From Eledone cirrhosa (lineage: Eukaryota): a stretch of 64,000 bases of DNA. The notes under the pieces are model-generated. The model worked only from the letters and a program-made list of their open reading frames with translations, did not search any database and was not told where the DNA came from. The stretch covers positions 20,336,001 to 20,400,000 of the forward strand of contig OZ024745.1 of assembly GCA_964016885.1 (NCBI GenBank), written 5' to 3'. A program made the translations under genes and the position numbers. Positions 13,830 through 30,385 of this stretch are shown in pieces; the first letter of the stretch is position 1, and every line of letters begins with the position of its first letter.

Positions 13830-14103
13830 TGAGGGAGTTGTAATGGTGCCGCATTGACATACAGCGTTTCTAGGGCATTTTCAAACCCGACGGGGTCCAT
13901 CTCCTACGCAGGTCTGAAAACAGCAGATTTCTTCCAGAGAAAGATAGAAAGTGAGAAAGAAATATAGAGGAAGAATCAACCCTGGTACTTTATTTTATCG
14001 ATCACGAAAGTATAAAAGGCAAAGTTGACCAAAGATTGGAACTCAGAGAGTAGTGAACCGAAACGAATGCCAACCAGCATTCAATCCAATAACTCACCGC
14101 CTC
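13830..14103 (-). mobile_element. SINE family 2, alternative-tail subfamily
   Basis: GGTACTTTATTTTATCGA...AAAGGCAAAGTTGACC...AACTCAG core plus the shared tail. Confidence 0.8.
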
Positions 14104-14453
14104 TACACAGGTCTATATATCTGTGGTTATATGTTTGTGTGGGAGGGTTGTTGGTGGGGCGTCACTCTGTTTGACACGCCGACATTTGTGTCAAGTTAAA
14201 TTTACTTTAATGAGTTTACATCAAATAGAAATCAGTTTACTCTAAAATTAAACAACCAATTTTTTTAAAATATTGCGTGTGGAATCACAAATTTCCAATA
14301 GATTCAACTGAAAGTTGGCGGGAAGTAAAAAAGTAAATTCAATTTATTGATTAAGTAAACGGTTTACAAACGTACTTTTTATATACACAAGTACATACAC
14401 ATACTCAAGTACATACACAAGCACACACATACTTATAGACACAGACACGCATA

Positions 14454-14516
<63 letters not shown>

Positions 14517-14532
14517 CATTTTCACTTTGTAT

Positions 14533-14566
<34 letters not shown>

Positions 14567-14582
14567 TTTCACTTTGTATATG

Positions 14583-14618
<36 letters not shown>

Positions 14619-14635
14619 CATTTTCACTTTGTGTA

Positions 14636-14717
<82 letters not shown>

Positions 14718-14957
14718 CACACATGTATGAAGAATGCACTGAGAAGCAAAGTGGCTGGTTACCAATCAATCGGACTTGTCTTTTCGCTGATACCAATTAA
14801 TCGACCACCGATTATCTAGTATGTAATTATGCATTGTGATATGAAAATGTGTAATACAACTAAAGCAAGTAATATATAATTCATAATTTCCGAGTACATG
14901 ATGAGAAAATTAAACTGATTTTACAGAAGGAGGTAACAAGAAATTGGTTGTTGATGT

Positions 14958-15135
14958 TTTGGCAGTATCGGTAGAGAGTTGGACGCCATCCTTTCTAGCA
15001 TAGTTACGTCCCTTTACGGTCTGAGTTCAAATCCCGTCGAGGTTAACTTTGCCTTTCATCCTTACGTGGTCGATAAAATAAAGTACCAGTAATACACTGG
15101 TAAATTGCTGGCCTTGTGCCAAAAGTGGAAACAAT
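14958..15135 (+). mobile_element. SINE family 2 (tRNA head, GCCTTTCATCC...GGTCGATAAA...GTACCAG core resembling the Meta domain)
   Basis: TGGCAG...GAGTTCAAATCCC B box; many copies in the window. Confidence 0.85.
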
Positions 15136-15294
15136 TATAATTTACGAGTTCTTAAATTTTATCATTAAATTACATTTTATATTTTAGTTAAAATAACGGA
15201 TCATTATTATTGAAGACATCCCAAATTCCTTTAAATAAACATATAATCAGAATTTTTATAATTTTAAAATTGATTCATCTTTTAAAAGAACAGT

Positions 15295-15830
15295 TAAGCA
15301 CTTATCCTCTCATGTGGGTATGAGGGTCTCTCTTCTAATTTGACTCCCTTTAAACTTCAGAGGTTTACATGCACCTCCTAGACAGTCCCAAGTAATTGTC
15401 AGTGGTTTTATTTAGGAAGTTATTAAGTTCAAAGGTTCTATAATATTTAACTGGGAGATGTCTAAAGACATATGACTGATGAAATGACAAGTCAGTCAAT
15501 CATATTGGTGGCCTCCCCACAGTCCCGGCGGACAGAATGGAGAAGGCGTTTCCCCGGAGGACGGCAAGGGAGAAACGCTGGAAAAGCCATTCCAGCTCGC
15601 GAGGCTCACACCCGCGGCTGGCCAGCTCAGCGCCTATGGTGGTGAGTAGAGAGGTAGCCCTAGGGCCGAGGACACCAGAAGTCTCCACTGCCAAGGGTAC
15701 GACCGCAAACCTGTCAGAGAGTGACCGGTATTTGAAGAGTTTGGCCTCCTCAGCCCGACGTGCAGCAGAACCTGGGTTAGTCGCAGACTGCACCAATTGT
15801 CAGTTGTATATGTTAGTACTCCAGGAACAG
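15295..15830 (-). mobile_element. 3' fragment of a CRE-clade non-LTR retrotransposon (REL endonuclease plus putative 3' UTR)
   Basis: AARRAEEAKLFKY...VPLAVETSGVLG...LFQRFSLAVLRGNA is typical of the CRE REL C-terminus (ORF 15500-15796); left boundary approximate. Confidence 0.8.
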
Positions 15831-15835
15831 AGTTA

Positions 15836-16033
15836 CGAGGGTAGGCTGAAAAGTTCATCGGCTGACCAAGATACTCTCATGGAATTACCAAATGAGGTTT
15901 ATTTTTCAACATAGTCCTTGAAAAGAAACAATGCAGTTATTAATAAGAAGAGTTGAAATTAATGTATGCAAGATTTCACAGCTCTAGCATCAATCCTTCA
16001 TAGTCAGCCTATGAACTTTTCAACCCATCCTCG
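15836..16033. mobile_element. Tc1/mariner MITE, ~198 bp
   Basis: TIRs CGAGGGTAGGCTGAAAAGTTCATCGGCTGAC / GTCAGCCTATGAACTTTTCAACCCATCCTCG; TA on both sides. Confidence 0.9.
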
Positions 16034-16073
16034 TATAATAAGCTGGGGGGTTTAGGTTATGTGTACCACCAGG

Positions 16074-16219
<146 letters not shown>

Positions 16220-16889
16220 AAAGTAAGTCCATAGAATCATTTGATAAAATATATACAGTATTTCTTCTCCCAATCAGCATAATCAACCACATAAAAAATC
16301 AATTAAATGAGGCTATAAGTTTCTATGAAGAAACAATAGATAAATAAATGATAGCTATTTTATCCGCGATCCACAGCCACAGAAGATTTACCCAGTATTT
16401 CTATTAGACCGTAGAAATCAATTAGACATATAGCCAACCATACACAATTAGGTACAAAATCAGAGTTAGAAGAAAAAATGTACATAAACCTACCAAAATC
16501 ATGTTTCTAACCCCGGAGATTTCATTCGCCTTTTGGAAATATCCGATTATGGATAAATCAACGAGCTTCGAAATCGTCAGGAAACAAACTCAATTGGACA
16601 AAGATTTTTCTTAAATGATCCCCACCAGAAACGAATTCAAAATGGCTAAGAATTGTCACATGGCCAGTGGTCAAGTCAGAAAACTTGTGATTGGTGCCTG
16701 ACGACGATATATATATATATATTAAGTGCTTCCGTAGGAAAGGTAAAGGAAAGGAGAGTGGTCTATGTAGGCTACAGAGCTATTTAGTTATGTAATAAAC
16801 AACATAAGACAATTTCATTGCAGCCTGATGTTTAATTCTGTTGTTTCGTATTTTGGCAGAATAATTGTCTTATGTTGTTTATTACATAA

Positions 16890-16992
<103 letters not shown>

Positions 16993-17672
16993 TACACACA
17001 TATATATATATATATATATAAACTGACGACCAGTATACATATAATTACATTCTTTTGAATTATATCTAAGATTTGTGCTTATGTAAGAAATTATTTTTGT
17101 CATATGAAACCAGTCAAAGTTCTAGAACTCTACTCGAGCTATTTAAAAAAAAATGTGTCCGTTTTTCATCCTTTTAATGATATCTCCATGCATGTAGTTT
17201 AAATGTTTGATTCTGAACATTTAAAATTGCATTATTCACTCGAATGTGAATTTTGTTATTGCAAATATTTGGTTGAAAAATAGTGTCTTTATCGACTTAC
17301 AGATTGGTTACAATTTTTAAATAAATAATGGCAGGATTTGTTAAATTTCATTGCAGCCTGATGTTTAATTCTGTTGTTTCGTATTTTGGCAGAATAAAAT
17401 CCCATTTATATATTATGAAGACTAGTTAATGGGAAGCTTAAAAGGAATTAGTAGAGGTTATTGATAGGTATGCTGTACAAGCAAATCCATATACCCAATC
17501 TCTAATACCGCGACAGCTCAAATATTGAAAATAATGATGTATTATTGAACGATTTATAAAAGGAAGTCAGCTCACTGCGTGACTTCAACAGTTGCCACAG
17601 ATCTTTATAATTTATCATTTTACCTAATTTTATTTTGATGTTATTCTATGTCCACGTCTTTCTATAAACTAA

Positions 17673-18505
17673 ATGGTTTCTATTTTAGGCACAAAGCCAG
17701 CAATTTGTGGCGAGAGGGAAAGTCGTTTATATCGAACCCAGTATATGTTTCGTTCATTTGGCAGTATCGGTAGAGGGTTGGACGCCATGCTTTCTAGCAT
17801 AGTTACATCCCTTTACGGTCTGAGTTCAAATCCCGTCGAGGTTAACTTTGCCTTTCATCCTTACGGGGTCGATAAAATAAAGTACCAGTAATGTACTGGG
17901 TAATTGCTGGCCTTGTGCCAAAAGTAGAAACAATTATTTAATCGAACTAGGGCGGTGGATTGGCAGAATCGGTAGAGAGTCGGACGCCATGCTTTCCTGC
18001 ATAGTTACGCCCCTTTACGGTCTTAGTTCAAATCCCGTCGAGGTTAACTTCGCCTTTCATCCTTACGGGGGTCGATAAAATAAAGCACCAGTAACATACT
18101 GGGGTCGATTTAATCGACTTTCTCCTCCCCCAAATTACTGGCCTTGTGCCTATACAAGAAATAATTATTTAATCGACCTTCGAAGAATGAAAGGCAAAGT
18201 TGACCTCGGCGGGATTTGAATTCATTATATAATGAGCTGAAACAAATGCTTCAAATCCTTTTGTCCGAAGCTCTAGCGATTCTGCCAATCCATCGCCCTG
18301 TCATTTCTATAAATATAATTGTTTCTACTTTTGGCACGAGGCCAGCAATTACCCAGTGCATTAGTGGTACTTTATTTTATCGACCCCGAAAGGATGAAGG
18401 GCAAAGTTAACCTTGGCGGGATTAGAATTCAGATCATAAAGGGCTGTAACTCTATGCTACAAAGCATGGTGTCCGACTCTCTACCGATACTGCCAATCCA
18501 TCATT
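17673..18505. mobile_element. Cluster of five family-2 SINE copies or fragments (two +, three -)
   Basis: Approx. 17673-17740(-), 17758-17935(+), 17951-18165(+), 18175-18300(-), 18317-18505(-). Confidence 0.85.
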
Positions 18506-18723
18506 TCTATAAATATAATAGCTACCATCTCAATAACCTCTAGTATTTCACATCCCAGCCACAAACATCCCAACCAAATATAATAACAATATCATTGCAA
18601 TAATCGAAGTAGGGTGGCTGCTGCAACGGTTGTCGCTGGCCATTGTCCGAAGAAATTCTTTTGCGGTCTTGTCCGTGGGGTACAGCCTCAACATAACCGC
18701 ACCCTAGGCCCAGAGGATGTAGA

Positions 18724-19869
18724 TATAGCTGAGGTGGTAGTTGTGAAACAGGTTACAGTTGTAGCTGTAGTTGAGGTGGTAGTTGTGAATGAGGTTATAG
18801 TTATAGCTGTAGCTGAGGTGGTAGTTGTGAATGAGGTTATAGCTGTAGTTGAGGTGGTAGTTGTGAATGAGGTTATAGTTATAGCTGTAGCTGAGGTGGT
18901 AGTTGTGAATCAGGTTACAGTTGTAGCTGTAGCTGAGGTGGTAGTTGTGAATGAGGTTATAGTTATAGCTGTAGTTGAGGTGGTAGTTGTGAATGAGGTT
19001 ATAGTTATAGCTGTAGCTGAGGTGGTAGTTGTGAATGAGGTTATAGCTGTAGCTGTAGTTGAGGTGGTAGTTGTGAATGAGGTTATAGTTGTAGCGGTTG
19101 TTGAGGTGGTAGTTGTGAATGAGGTTATAGCTGTAGCTGTAGTTGAGGTGGTAGTTGTGAATGAGGTTATAGTTGTAGCTGTAGTTGAGGTGGTAGTTGT
19201 GAATGAGGTTATAGTTATAGCTGTAGCTGAGGTGGTAGTTGTGAATGAGGTTATAGTTATAGCTGTAGTTGAGGTGGTAGTTGTGAATGAGGTTATAGCT
19301 GTAGTTGAGGTGGTAGTTGTGAATGAGGTTATAGTTATAGCTGTAGTTGAGGTGGTAGTTGTGAATGAGGTTATAGTTGTAGCTGTAGTTGAGGTGGTAG
19401 TTGTGAATGAGGTTATAGTTATAGCTGTAGCTGAGGTGGTAGTTGTGAATGAGGTTATAGCTGTAGTTGAGGTGGTAGTTGTGAATGAGGTTATAGCTGT
19501 AGCTGTAGTTGAGGTGGTAGTTGTGAATGAGGTTATAGTTGTAGCTGTAGTTGAGGTGGTAGTTGTGAATCAGGTTATAGCTGTAGCTGTAGTTGAGGTG
19601 GTAGTTGTGAATGAGGTTATAGTTGTAGCTGTAGTTGAGGTGGTAGTTGTGAATCAGGTTATAGCTGTAGCTGTAGTTGAGGTGGTAGTTGTGAATGAGG
19701 TTATAGTTCTAGCTGTAGTTGAGGTGGTAGTTGTGAATCAGGTTATAGCTGTAGCTGTAGTTGAGGTGGTAGTTGTGAATGAGGTTATAGTTGTAGCTGT
19801 AGTTGAGGTGGTAGTTGTGAATCAGGTTATAGCTGTAGCTGTAGTTGAGGTGGTAGTTGTGAATGAGGT
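18724..19869 (-). repeat. 42/36-bp minisatellite block, inverted relative to 20053-30385
   Basis: GAATGAGGTTATAGTTGTAGCTGTAGTTGAGGTGGTAGTTGT is the reverse complement of the downstream unit. Confidence 0.95.
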
Positions 19870-20052
19870 CAACTGGCACAACAACATCTACCTCAATCAC
19901 AAATGTAATCGTGTCAACCTCCAACTACAACATCTACCACAATCACAAATGTAATCGTGTCAACTGGCACTACAACATCTACCACAATCACAAATGTATA
20001 TCTACATCAATGACAATTGAAATTACAATCATAACTACCAATAGAAACACAG

Positions 20053-23000
20053 TCACAACTACCACCTCAACTACAGCTACAACTATAACCTCATTCACAA
20101 CTACCACCTCAACTACAGCTACAACTATAACCTCATTCACAACTACCACCTCAACTACAGCTATAACTATAACCTCATTCACAACTACCACCTCAACTAC
20201 AGCTACAACTATAACCTCATTCACAACTACCACCTCAACTACAGCTACAACTATAACCTCATTCACAACTACCACCTCAACTACAGCTACAACTATAACC
20301 TCATTCACAACTACCACCTCAACTACAGCTACAACTATAACCTCATTCACAACTACCACCTCAACTACAGCTACAACTATAACCTCATTCACAACTACCA
20401 CCTCAACTACAGCTATAACTATAACCTCATTCACAACTACCACCTCAACTACAGCTACAACTATAACCTCATTCACAACTACCACCTCAACTACAGCTAC
20501 AACTATAACCTCATTCACAACTACCACCTCAACTACAGCTACAACTATAACCTCATTCACAACTACCACCTCAACTACAGCTATAACTATAACCTCATTC
20601 ACAACTACCACCTCAACTACAGCTACAACTATAACCTCATTCACAACTACCACCTCAACTACAGCTACAACTATAACCTCATTCACAACTACCACCTCAA
20701 CTACAGCTACAACTATAACCTCGTTCACAACTACCACCTCAACTACCGCTACAACTATAACCTCATTCACAACTACCACCTCAACTACAGCTACAACTAT
20801 AACCTCATTCGCAACTACCACTTCAACTACAGCTATAACCTCATTCACAACTACCACCTCAACTACAGCTACAACTATAACCTCATTCACAACTACCACC
20901 TCAACTACAGCTACAACTATAACCTCATTCACAACTACCACCTCAACTACAGCTACAACTATAACCTCATTCACAACTACCACCTCAACTACAGCTATAA
21001 CTATAACCTCATTCACAACTACCACCTCAACTACAGCTACAACTATAACCTCATTCACAACTACCACCTCAACTACAGCTACAACTATAACCTCATTCAC
21101 AACTACCACCTCAACTACAGCTACAACTATAACCTCATTCACAACTACCACCTCAACTACAGCTATAACTATAACCTCATTCACAACTACCACCTCAACT
21201 ACAGCTACAACTATAACCTCATTCACAACTACCACCTCAACTACAGCTACAACTATAACCTCATTCACAACTACCACCTCAACTACAGCTACAACTATAA
21301 CCTCGTTCACAACTACCACCTCAACTACCGCTACAACTATAACCTCATTCACAACTACCACCTCAACTACAGCTACAACTATAACCTCATTCGCAACTAC
21401 CACTTCAACTACAGCTATAACCTCATTCACAACTACCACCTCAACTACAGCTACAACTATAACCTCATTCACAACTACCACCTCAACTACAGCTACAACT
21501 ATAACCTCATTCACAACTACCACCTCAACTACAGCTACAACTATAACCTCATTCACAACTACCACCTCAACTACAGCTATAACTATAACCTCATTCACAA
21601 CTACCACCTCAACTACAGCTACAACTATAACCTCATTCACAACTACCACCTCAACTACAGCTACAACTATAACCTCATTCACAACTACCACCTCAACTAC
21701 AGCTACAACTATAACCTCATTCACAACTACCACCTCAACTACAGCTATAACTATAACCTCATTCACAACTACCACCTCAACTACAGCTACAACTATAACC
21801 TCATTCACAACTACCACCTCAACTACAGCTACAACTATAACCTCATTCACAACTACCACCTCAACTACGGCTACAACTATAACCTCGTTCACAACTACCA
21901 CCTCAACTACCGCTACAACTATAACCTCATTCACAACTACCACCTCAACTACAGCTACAACTATAACCTCATTCGCAACTACCACTTCAACTACAGCTAT
22001 AACCTCATTCACAACTACCACCTCAACTACAGCTACAACTATAACCTCATTCACAACTACCACCTCAACTACAGCTACAACTATAACCTCATTCACAACT
22101 ACCACCTCAACTACAGCTACAACTATAACCTCATTCACAACTACCACCTCAACTACAGCTACAACTATAACCTCGTTCACAACTACCACCTCAACTACCG
22201 CTACAACTATAACCTCATTCACAACTACCACCTCAACTACAGCTACAGCTATAACCTCATTCACAACTACCACCTCAACTACAGCTACAACTATAACCTC
22301 ATTCACAACTACCACCTCAACTACAGCTATAACCTCATTCACAACTACCACCTCAACTACCGCTACAACTATAACCTCATTCGCAACTACCACCTCAACT
22401 ACAGCTAAAACCTCATTCACAACTACCACCTCAACTACAGCTACAACTATAACCTCATTCACAACTACCACCTCAACTACAGCTATAACCTCATTCACAA
22501 CTACCACCTCAACTACAGCTATAACCTCATTCACAACTACCACCTCAACTACCGCTACAACTATAACCTCATTCGCAACTACCACCTCAACTACAGCTAA
22601 AACCTCATTCACAACTACCACCTCAACTACAGCTACAACTATAACCTCATTCACAACTACCACCTCAACTACAGCTACAACTATAACCTCGTTCACAACT
22701 ACCACCTCAACTACCGCTACAACTATAACCTCATTCACAACTACCACCTCAACTACCGCTACAACTATAACCTCATTCACAACTACCTCCTCAACTACAG
22801 CTACAGCTATAACCTCATTCACAACTACCACCTCAACTACAGCTACAACTATAACCTCATTCACAACTACCACCTCAGCTACAGCTATAACCTCATTCAC
22901 AACTACCACCTCAACTACAGCTATAACCTCATTCACAACTACCACCTCAACTACCACTACAACTATAACCTCATTCACAACTACCACCTCAACTACAGCT

Positions 23001-26000
23001 ACAGCTATAACCTCATTCACAACTACCACCTCAACTACAGCTACAACTATAACCTCATTCACAACTACCACCTCAGCTACAACTATAACCTCATTCACAA
23101 CTACCACCTCAACTACACCTATAACCTCATTCAAAACTACCACCTCAACTACCACTACAACTATAACCTCATTCACAACTACCACCTCAACTACAGCTAC
23201 AACTATAACCTCATTCACAACTACCACCTCAACTACAGCTACAACTATAACCTCATTCACAACTACCACCTCAACTACAGCTACAACTATAACCTCATTC
23301 ACAACTACCACCTCAACTACAGCTACAACTATAACCTCATTCACAACTACCACCTCAACTACAGCTACAACTATAACCTCGTTCACAACTACCACCTCAA
23401 CTACCGCTACAACTATAACCTCATTCACAACTACCACCTCAACTACAGCTACAACTATAACCTCATTCGCAACTACCACCTCAACTACAGCTATAACCTC
23501 ATTCACAACTACCACCTCAACTACAGCTACAACTATAACCTCATTCACAACTACCACCTCAACTACAGCTACAACTATAACCTCATTCACAACTACCACC
23601 TCAACTACAGCTACAACTATAACCTCATTCACAACTACCACCTCAACTACATCTACAACTATAACCTCGTTCACAACTACCACCTCAACTACCGCTACAA
23701 CTATAACCTCATTCACAACTACCACCTCAACTACAGCTACAACTATAACCTCATTCACAACTACCACCTCAACTACAGCTACAGCTATAACCTCATTCAC
23801 AACTACCACCTCAACTACAGCTACAACTATAACCTCATTCACAACTACCACCTCAACTACAGCTATAACCTCATTCACAACTACCACCTCAACTACCGCT
23901 ACAACTATAACCTCATTCGCAACTACCACCTCAACTACAGCTAAAACCTCATTCACAACTACCACCTCAACTACAGCTACAACTATAACCTCATTCACAA
24001 CTACCACCTCAACTACAGCTATAATCTCATTCACAACTACCACCTCAACTACAGCTACAACTATAACCTCATTCACAACTACCACCTCAACTACCGCTAC
24101 AACTATAACCTCATTCACAACTACCACCTCAACTACAGCTACAGCTATAACCTCATTCACAACTACCACCTCAACTACAGCTACAACTATAACCTCATTC
24201 ACAACTACCACCTCAACTACAGCTACAACTATAACCTCGTTCACAACTACCACCTCAACTACCGCTACAACTATAACCTCATTCACAACTACCACCTCAA
24301 CTACAGCTACAACTATAACCTCATTCGCAACTACCACTTCAACTACAGCTATAACCTCATTCACAACTACCACCTCAACTACAGCTACAACTATAACCTC
24401 ATTCACAACTACCACCTCAACTACAGCTACAACTATAACCTCATTCACAACTACCACCTCAACTACAGCTACAACTATAACCTCATTCACAACTACCACC
24501 TCAACTACAGCTACAACTATAACCTCGTTCACAACTACCACCTCAACTACCGCTACAACTATAACCTCATTCACAACTACCACCTCAACTACAGCTACAA
24601 CTATAACCTCATTCACAACTACCACCTCAACTACAGCTACAGCTATAACCCCATTCACAACTACCACCTCAACTACAGCTACAACTATAACCTCATTCAC
24701 AACTACCACCTCAACTACAGCTATAACCTCATTCACAACTACCACCTCAACTACCGCTACAACTATAACCTCATTCGCAACTACCACCTCAACTACAGCT
24801 AAAACCTCATTCACAACTACCACCTCAACTACAGCTACAACTATAACCTCATTCACAACTACCACCTCAACTACAGCTATAACCTCATTCACAACTACCA
24901 CCTCAACTACAGCTACAACTATAACCTCATTCACAACTACCACCTCAACTACCGCTACAACTATAACCTCATTCACAACTACCACCTCAACTACAGCTAC
25001 AGCTATAACCTCATTCACAACTACCACCTCAACTACAGCTACAACTATAACCTCATTCACAACTACCACCTCAGCTACAGCTATAACCTCATTCACAACT
25101 ACCACCTCAACTACAGCTATAACCTCATTCACAACTACCACCTCAACTACCACTACAACTATAACCTCATTCACAACTACCACCTCAACTACAGCTACAG
25201 CTATAACCTCATTCACAACTACCACCTCAACTACAGCTACAACTATAACCTCATTCACAACTACCACCTCAGCTACAACTATAACCTCATTCACAACTAC
25301 CACCTCAACTACAGCTATAACCTCATTCACAACTACCACCTCAACTACCACTACAACTATAACCTCATTCACAACTACCACCTCAACTACAGCTACAACT
25401 ATAACCTCATTCACAACTACCACCTCAACTACAGCTACAACTATAACCTCATTCACAACTACCACCTCAACTACAGCTACAACTATAACCTCATTCACAA
25501 CTACCACCTCAACTACAGCTACAACTATAACCTCATTCACAACTACCACCTCAACTACAGCTACAACTATAACCTCGTTCACAACTACCACCTCAACTAC
25601 CGCTACAACTATAACCTCATTCACAACTACCACCTCAACTACAGCTACAACTATAACCTCATTCGCAACTACCACCTCAACTACAGCTATAACCTCATTC
25701 ACAACTACCACCTCAACTACAGCTACAACTATAACCTCATTCACAACTACCACCTCAACTACAGCTACAACTATAACCTCATTCACAACTACCACCTCAA
25801 CTACAGCTACAACTATAACCTCATTCACAACTACCACCTCAACTACAGCTACAACTATAACCTCGTTCACAACTACCACCTCAACTACCGCTACAACTAT
25901 AACCTCATTCACAACTACCACCTCAACTACAGCTACAACTATAACCTCATTCACAACTACCACCTCAACTACAGCTACAGCTATAACCTCATTCACAACT

Positions 26001-29000
26001 ACCACCTCAACTACAGCTACAACTATAACCTCATTCACAACTACCACCTCAACTACAGCTATAACCTCATTCACAACTACCACCTCAACTACCGCTACAA
26101 CTATAACCTCATTCGCAACTACCACCTCAACTACAGCTAAAACCTCATTCACAACTACCACCTCAACTACAGCTACAACTATAACCTCATTCACAACTAC
26201 CACCTCAACTACAGCTATAACCTCATTCACAACTACCACCTCAACTACAGCTACAACTATAACCTCATTCACAACTACCACCTCAACTACCGCTACAACT
26301 ATAACCTCATTCACAACTACCACCTCAACTACAGCTACAGCTATAACCTCATTCACAACTACCACCTCAACTACAGCTACAACTATAACCTCATTCACAA
26401 CTACCACCTCAGCTACAGCTATAACCTCATTCACAACTACCACCTCAACTACAGCTATAACCTCATTCACAACTACCACCTCAACTACCACTACAACTAT
26501 AACCTCATTCACAACTACCACCTCAACTACAGCTACAGCTATAACCTCATTCACAACTACCACCTCAACTACAGCTACAACTATAACCTCATTCACAACT
26601 ACCACCTCAGCTACAACTATAACCTCATTCACAACTACCACCTCAACTACAGCTATAACCTCATTCACAACTACCACCTCAACTACCACTACAACTATAA
26701 CCTCATTCACAACTACCACCTCAACTACAGCTACAACTATAACCTCATTCACAACTACCACCTCAACTACAGCTACAACTATAACCTCATTCACAACTAC
26801 CACCTCAACTACAGCTACAGCTATAACCTCATTCACAACTACCACCTCAACTACAGCTACAGCTATAACCTCATTCACAACTACCACCTCAACTACAGCT
26901 ACAGCTATAACCTCGTTCACAACTACCACCTCAACTACCGCTACAACTATAACCTCATTCACAACTACCACCTCAACTACAGCTACAACTATAACCTCAT
27001 TCACAACTACCACCTCAACTACAGCTACAGCTATAACCTCATTCACAACTACCACCTCAACTACAGCTACAGCTATAACCTCATTCACAACTACCACCTC
27101 AACAACCGCTACAACTATAACCTCATTCACAACTACCACCTCAACTACAGCTATAACCTCATTCACAACTACCACCTCAACTACAGCTACAGCTATAACC
27201 TCATTCACAACTACCACCTCAACTACAGCTACAACTATAACCTCATTCACAACTACCACCTCAACTACAGCTACAGCTATAACCTCATTCACAACTACCA
27301 CCTCAACTACAGCTACAACTATAACCTCATTCACAACTACCACCTCAACTACAGCTACAACTATAACCTCATTCACAACTACCACCTCAACTACAGCTAC
27401 AACTATAACCTCATTCACAACTACCACCTCAACTACAGCTATAACTATAACCTCATTCACAACTACCACCTCAACTACAGCTACAATTATAACCTCATTC
27501 ACAACTACCACCTCAACTACAGCTACAACTATAACCTCATTCACAACTACCACCTCAACTACAGCTATAACTATAACCTCATTCACAACTACCACCTCAA
27601 CTACAGCTACAATTATAACCTCATTCACAACTACCACCTCAACTACCGCTACAACTATAACCTCATTCACAACTACCACCTCAACTACAGCTACAACTAT
27701 AACCTCATTCACAACTACCACCTCAACTACAGCAATAACTATAACATCATTCACAACTACCACCTCAACTACAGCTACAACTATAACCTCATTCACAACT
27801 ACCACCTCAACTACAGCTACAGCTATAACCTCATTCACAACTACCACCTCAACTACAGCTACAACTATAACCTCATTCACAACTACCACCTCAACTACAG
27901 CTACAACTATAACCTCATTCACAACTACCACCTCAACTACAGCTACAACTATAACCTCATTCACAACTACCACCTCAACTACAGCTACAACTATAACCTC
28001 ATTCACAACTACCACCTCAACTACAGCTACAACTATAACCTCGTTCACAACTACCACCTCAACTACCGCTACAACTATAACCTCATTCACAACTACCACC
28101 TCAACTACAGCTACAACTATAACCTCATTCACAACTACCACCTCAACTACAGCTACAGCTATAACCTCATTCACAACTACCACCTCAACTACAGCTACAA
28201 CTATAACCTCATTCACAACTACCACCTCAACTACAGCTATAACCTCATTCACAACTACCACCTCAACTACCGCTACAACTATAACCTCATTCGCAACTAC
28301 CACCTCAACTACAGCTAAAACCTCATTCACAACTACCACCTCAACTACAGCTACAACTATAACCTCATTCACAACTACCACCTCAACTACAGCTATATCC
28401 TCATTCACAACTACCACCTCAACTACAGCTACAACTATAACCTCATTCACAACTACCACCTCAACTACCGCTACAACTATAACCTCATTCACAACTACCA
28501 CCTCAACTACAGCTACAGCTATAACCTCATTCACAACTACCACCTCAACTACAGCTACAACTATAACCTCATTCACAACTACCACCTCAGCTACAGCTAT
28601 AACCTCATTCACAACTACCACCTCAACTACAGCTATAACCTCATTCACAACTACCACCTCAACTACCACTACAACTATAACCTCATTCACAACTACCACC
28701 TCAACTACAGCTACAGCTATAACCTCATTCACAACTACCACCTCAACTACAGCTACAACTATAACCTCATTCACAACTACCACCTCAGCTACAACTATAA
28801 CCTCATTCACAACTACCACCTCAACTACAGCTATAACCTCATTCACAACTACCACCTCAACTACCACTACAACTATAACCTCATTCACAACTACCACCTC
28901 AACTACAGCTACAACTATAACCTCATTCACAACTACCACCTCAACTACAGCTACAACTATAACCTCATTCACAACTACCACCTCAACTACAGCTACAGCT

Positions 29001-30385
29001 ATAACCTCATTCACAACTACCACCTCAACTACAGCTACAGCTATAACCTCATTCACAACTACCACCTCAACTACAGCTACAGCTATAACCTCGTTCACAA
29101 CTACCACCTCAACTACCGCTACAACTATAACCTCATTCACAACTACCACCTCAACTACAGCTACAACTATAACCTCATTCACAACTACCACCTCAACTAC
29201 AGCTACAGCTATAACCTCATTCACAACTACCACCTCAACTACAGCTACAGCTATAACCTCATTCACAACTACCACCTCAACAACCGCTACAACTATAACC
29301 TCATTCACAACTACCACCTCAACTACAGCTATAACCTCATTCACAACTACCACCTCAACTACAGCTACAGCTATAACCTCATTCACAACTACCACCTCAA
29401 CTACAGCTACAACTATAACCTCATTCACAACTACCACCTCAACTACAGCTACAGCTATAACCTCATTCACAACTACCACCTCAACTACAGCTACAACTAT
29501 AACCTCATTCACAACTACCACCTCAACTACAGCTACAACTATAACCTCATTCACAACTACCACCTCAACTACAGCTACAACTATAACCTCATTCACAACT
29601 ACCACCTCAACTACAGCTATAACTATAACCTCATTCACAACTACCACCTCAACTACAGCTACAATTATAACCTCATTCACAACTACCACCTCAACAACAG
29701 CTACAACTATAACCTCATTCACAACTACCACCTCAACTACAGCTATAACTATAACCTCATTCACAACTACCACCTCAACTACAGCTACAATTATAACCTC
29801 ATTCACAACTACCACCTCAACTACCGCTACAACTATAACCTCATTCACAACTACCACCTCAACTACAGCTACAACTATAACCTCATTCACAACTACCACC
29901 TCAACTACAGCTATAACTATAACCTCATTCACAACTACCACCTCAACTACAGCTACAACTATAACCTCATTCACAACTACCACCTCAACTACAGCTACAG
30001 CTATAACCTCATTCACAACTACCACCTCAACTACAGCTACAACTATAACCTCATTCACAACTACCACCTCAACTACAGCTACAACTATAACCTCATTCAC
30101 AACTACCACCTCAACTACAGCTACAGCTATAACCTCATTCACAACTACCACCTCAACTACAGCTACAGCTATAACCTCATTCACAACTACCACCTCAACA
30201 ACCGCTACAACTATAACCTCATTCACAACTACCACCTCAACTACAGCTACAACTATAACCTCGTTCACAACTACCACCTCAACTACAGCTATAACCTCAT
30301 TCACAACTAGCACCTCAACTACAGCTACAACTATAACCTCATTCACAACTACCACCTCAACTACAGCTACAACTATAACCTCATT
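20053..30385 (+). repeat. ~10.3 kb 42-bp minisatellite (36-bp variants, higher-order repeats); open Thr/Ser-rich frame TTTTSTTATTITSF
   Basis: Unit ACAACTACCACCTCAACTACAGCTACAACTATAACCTCATTC; variant units recur every 582 bp (20721/21303/21885) and at 2178 bp (27101/29279). Confidence 0.97.

Noticed and set aside
19988-30355. 3455-aa Val-rich ORF
   Set aside because: Antisense shadow of a stop-free 42-bp satellite
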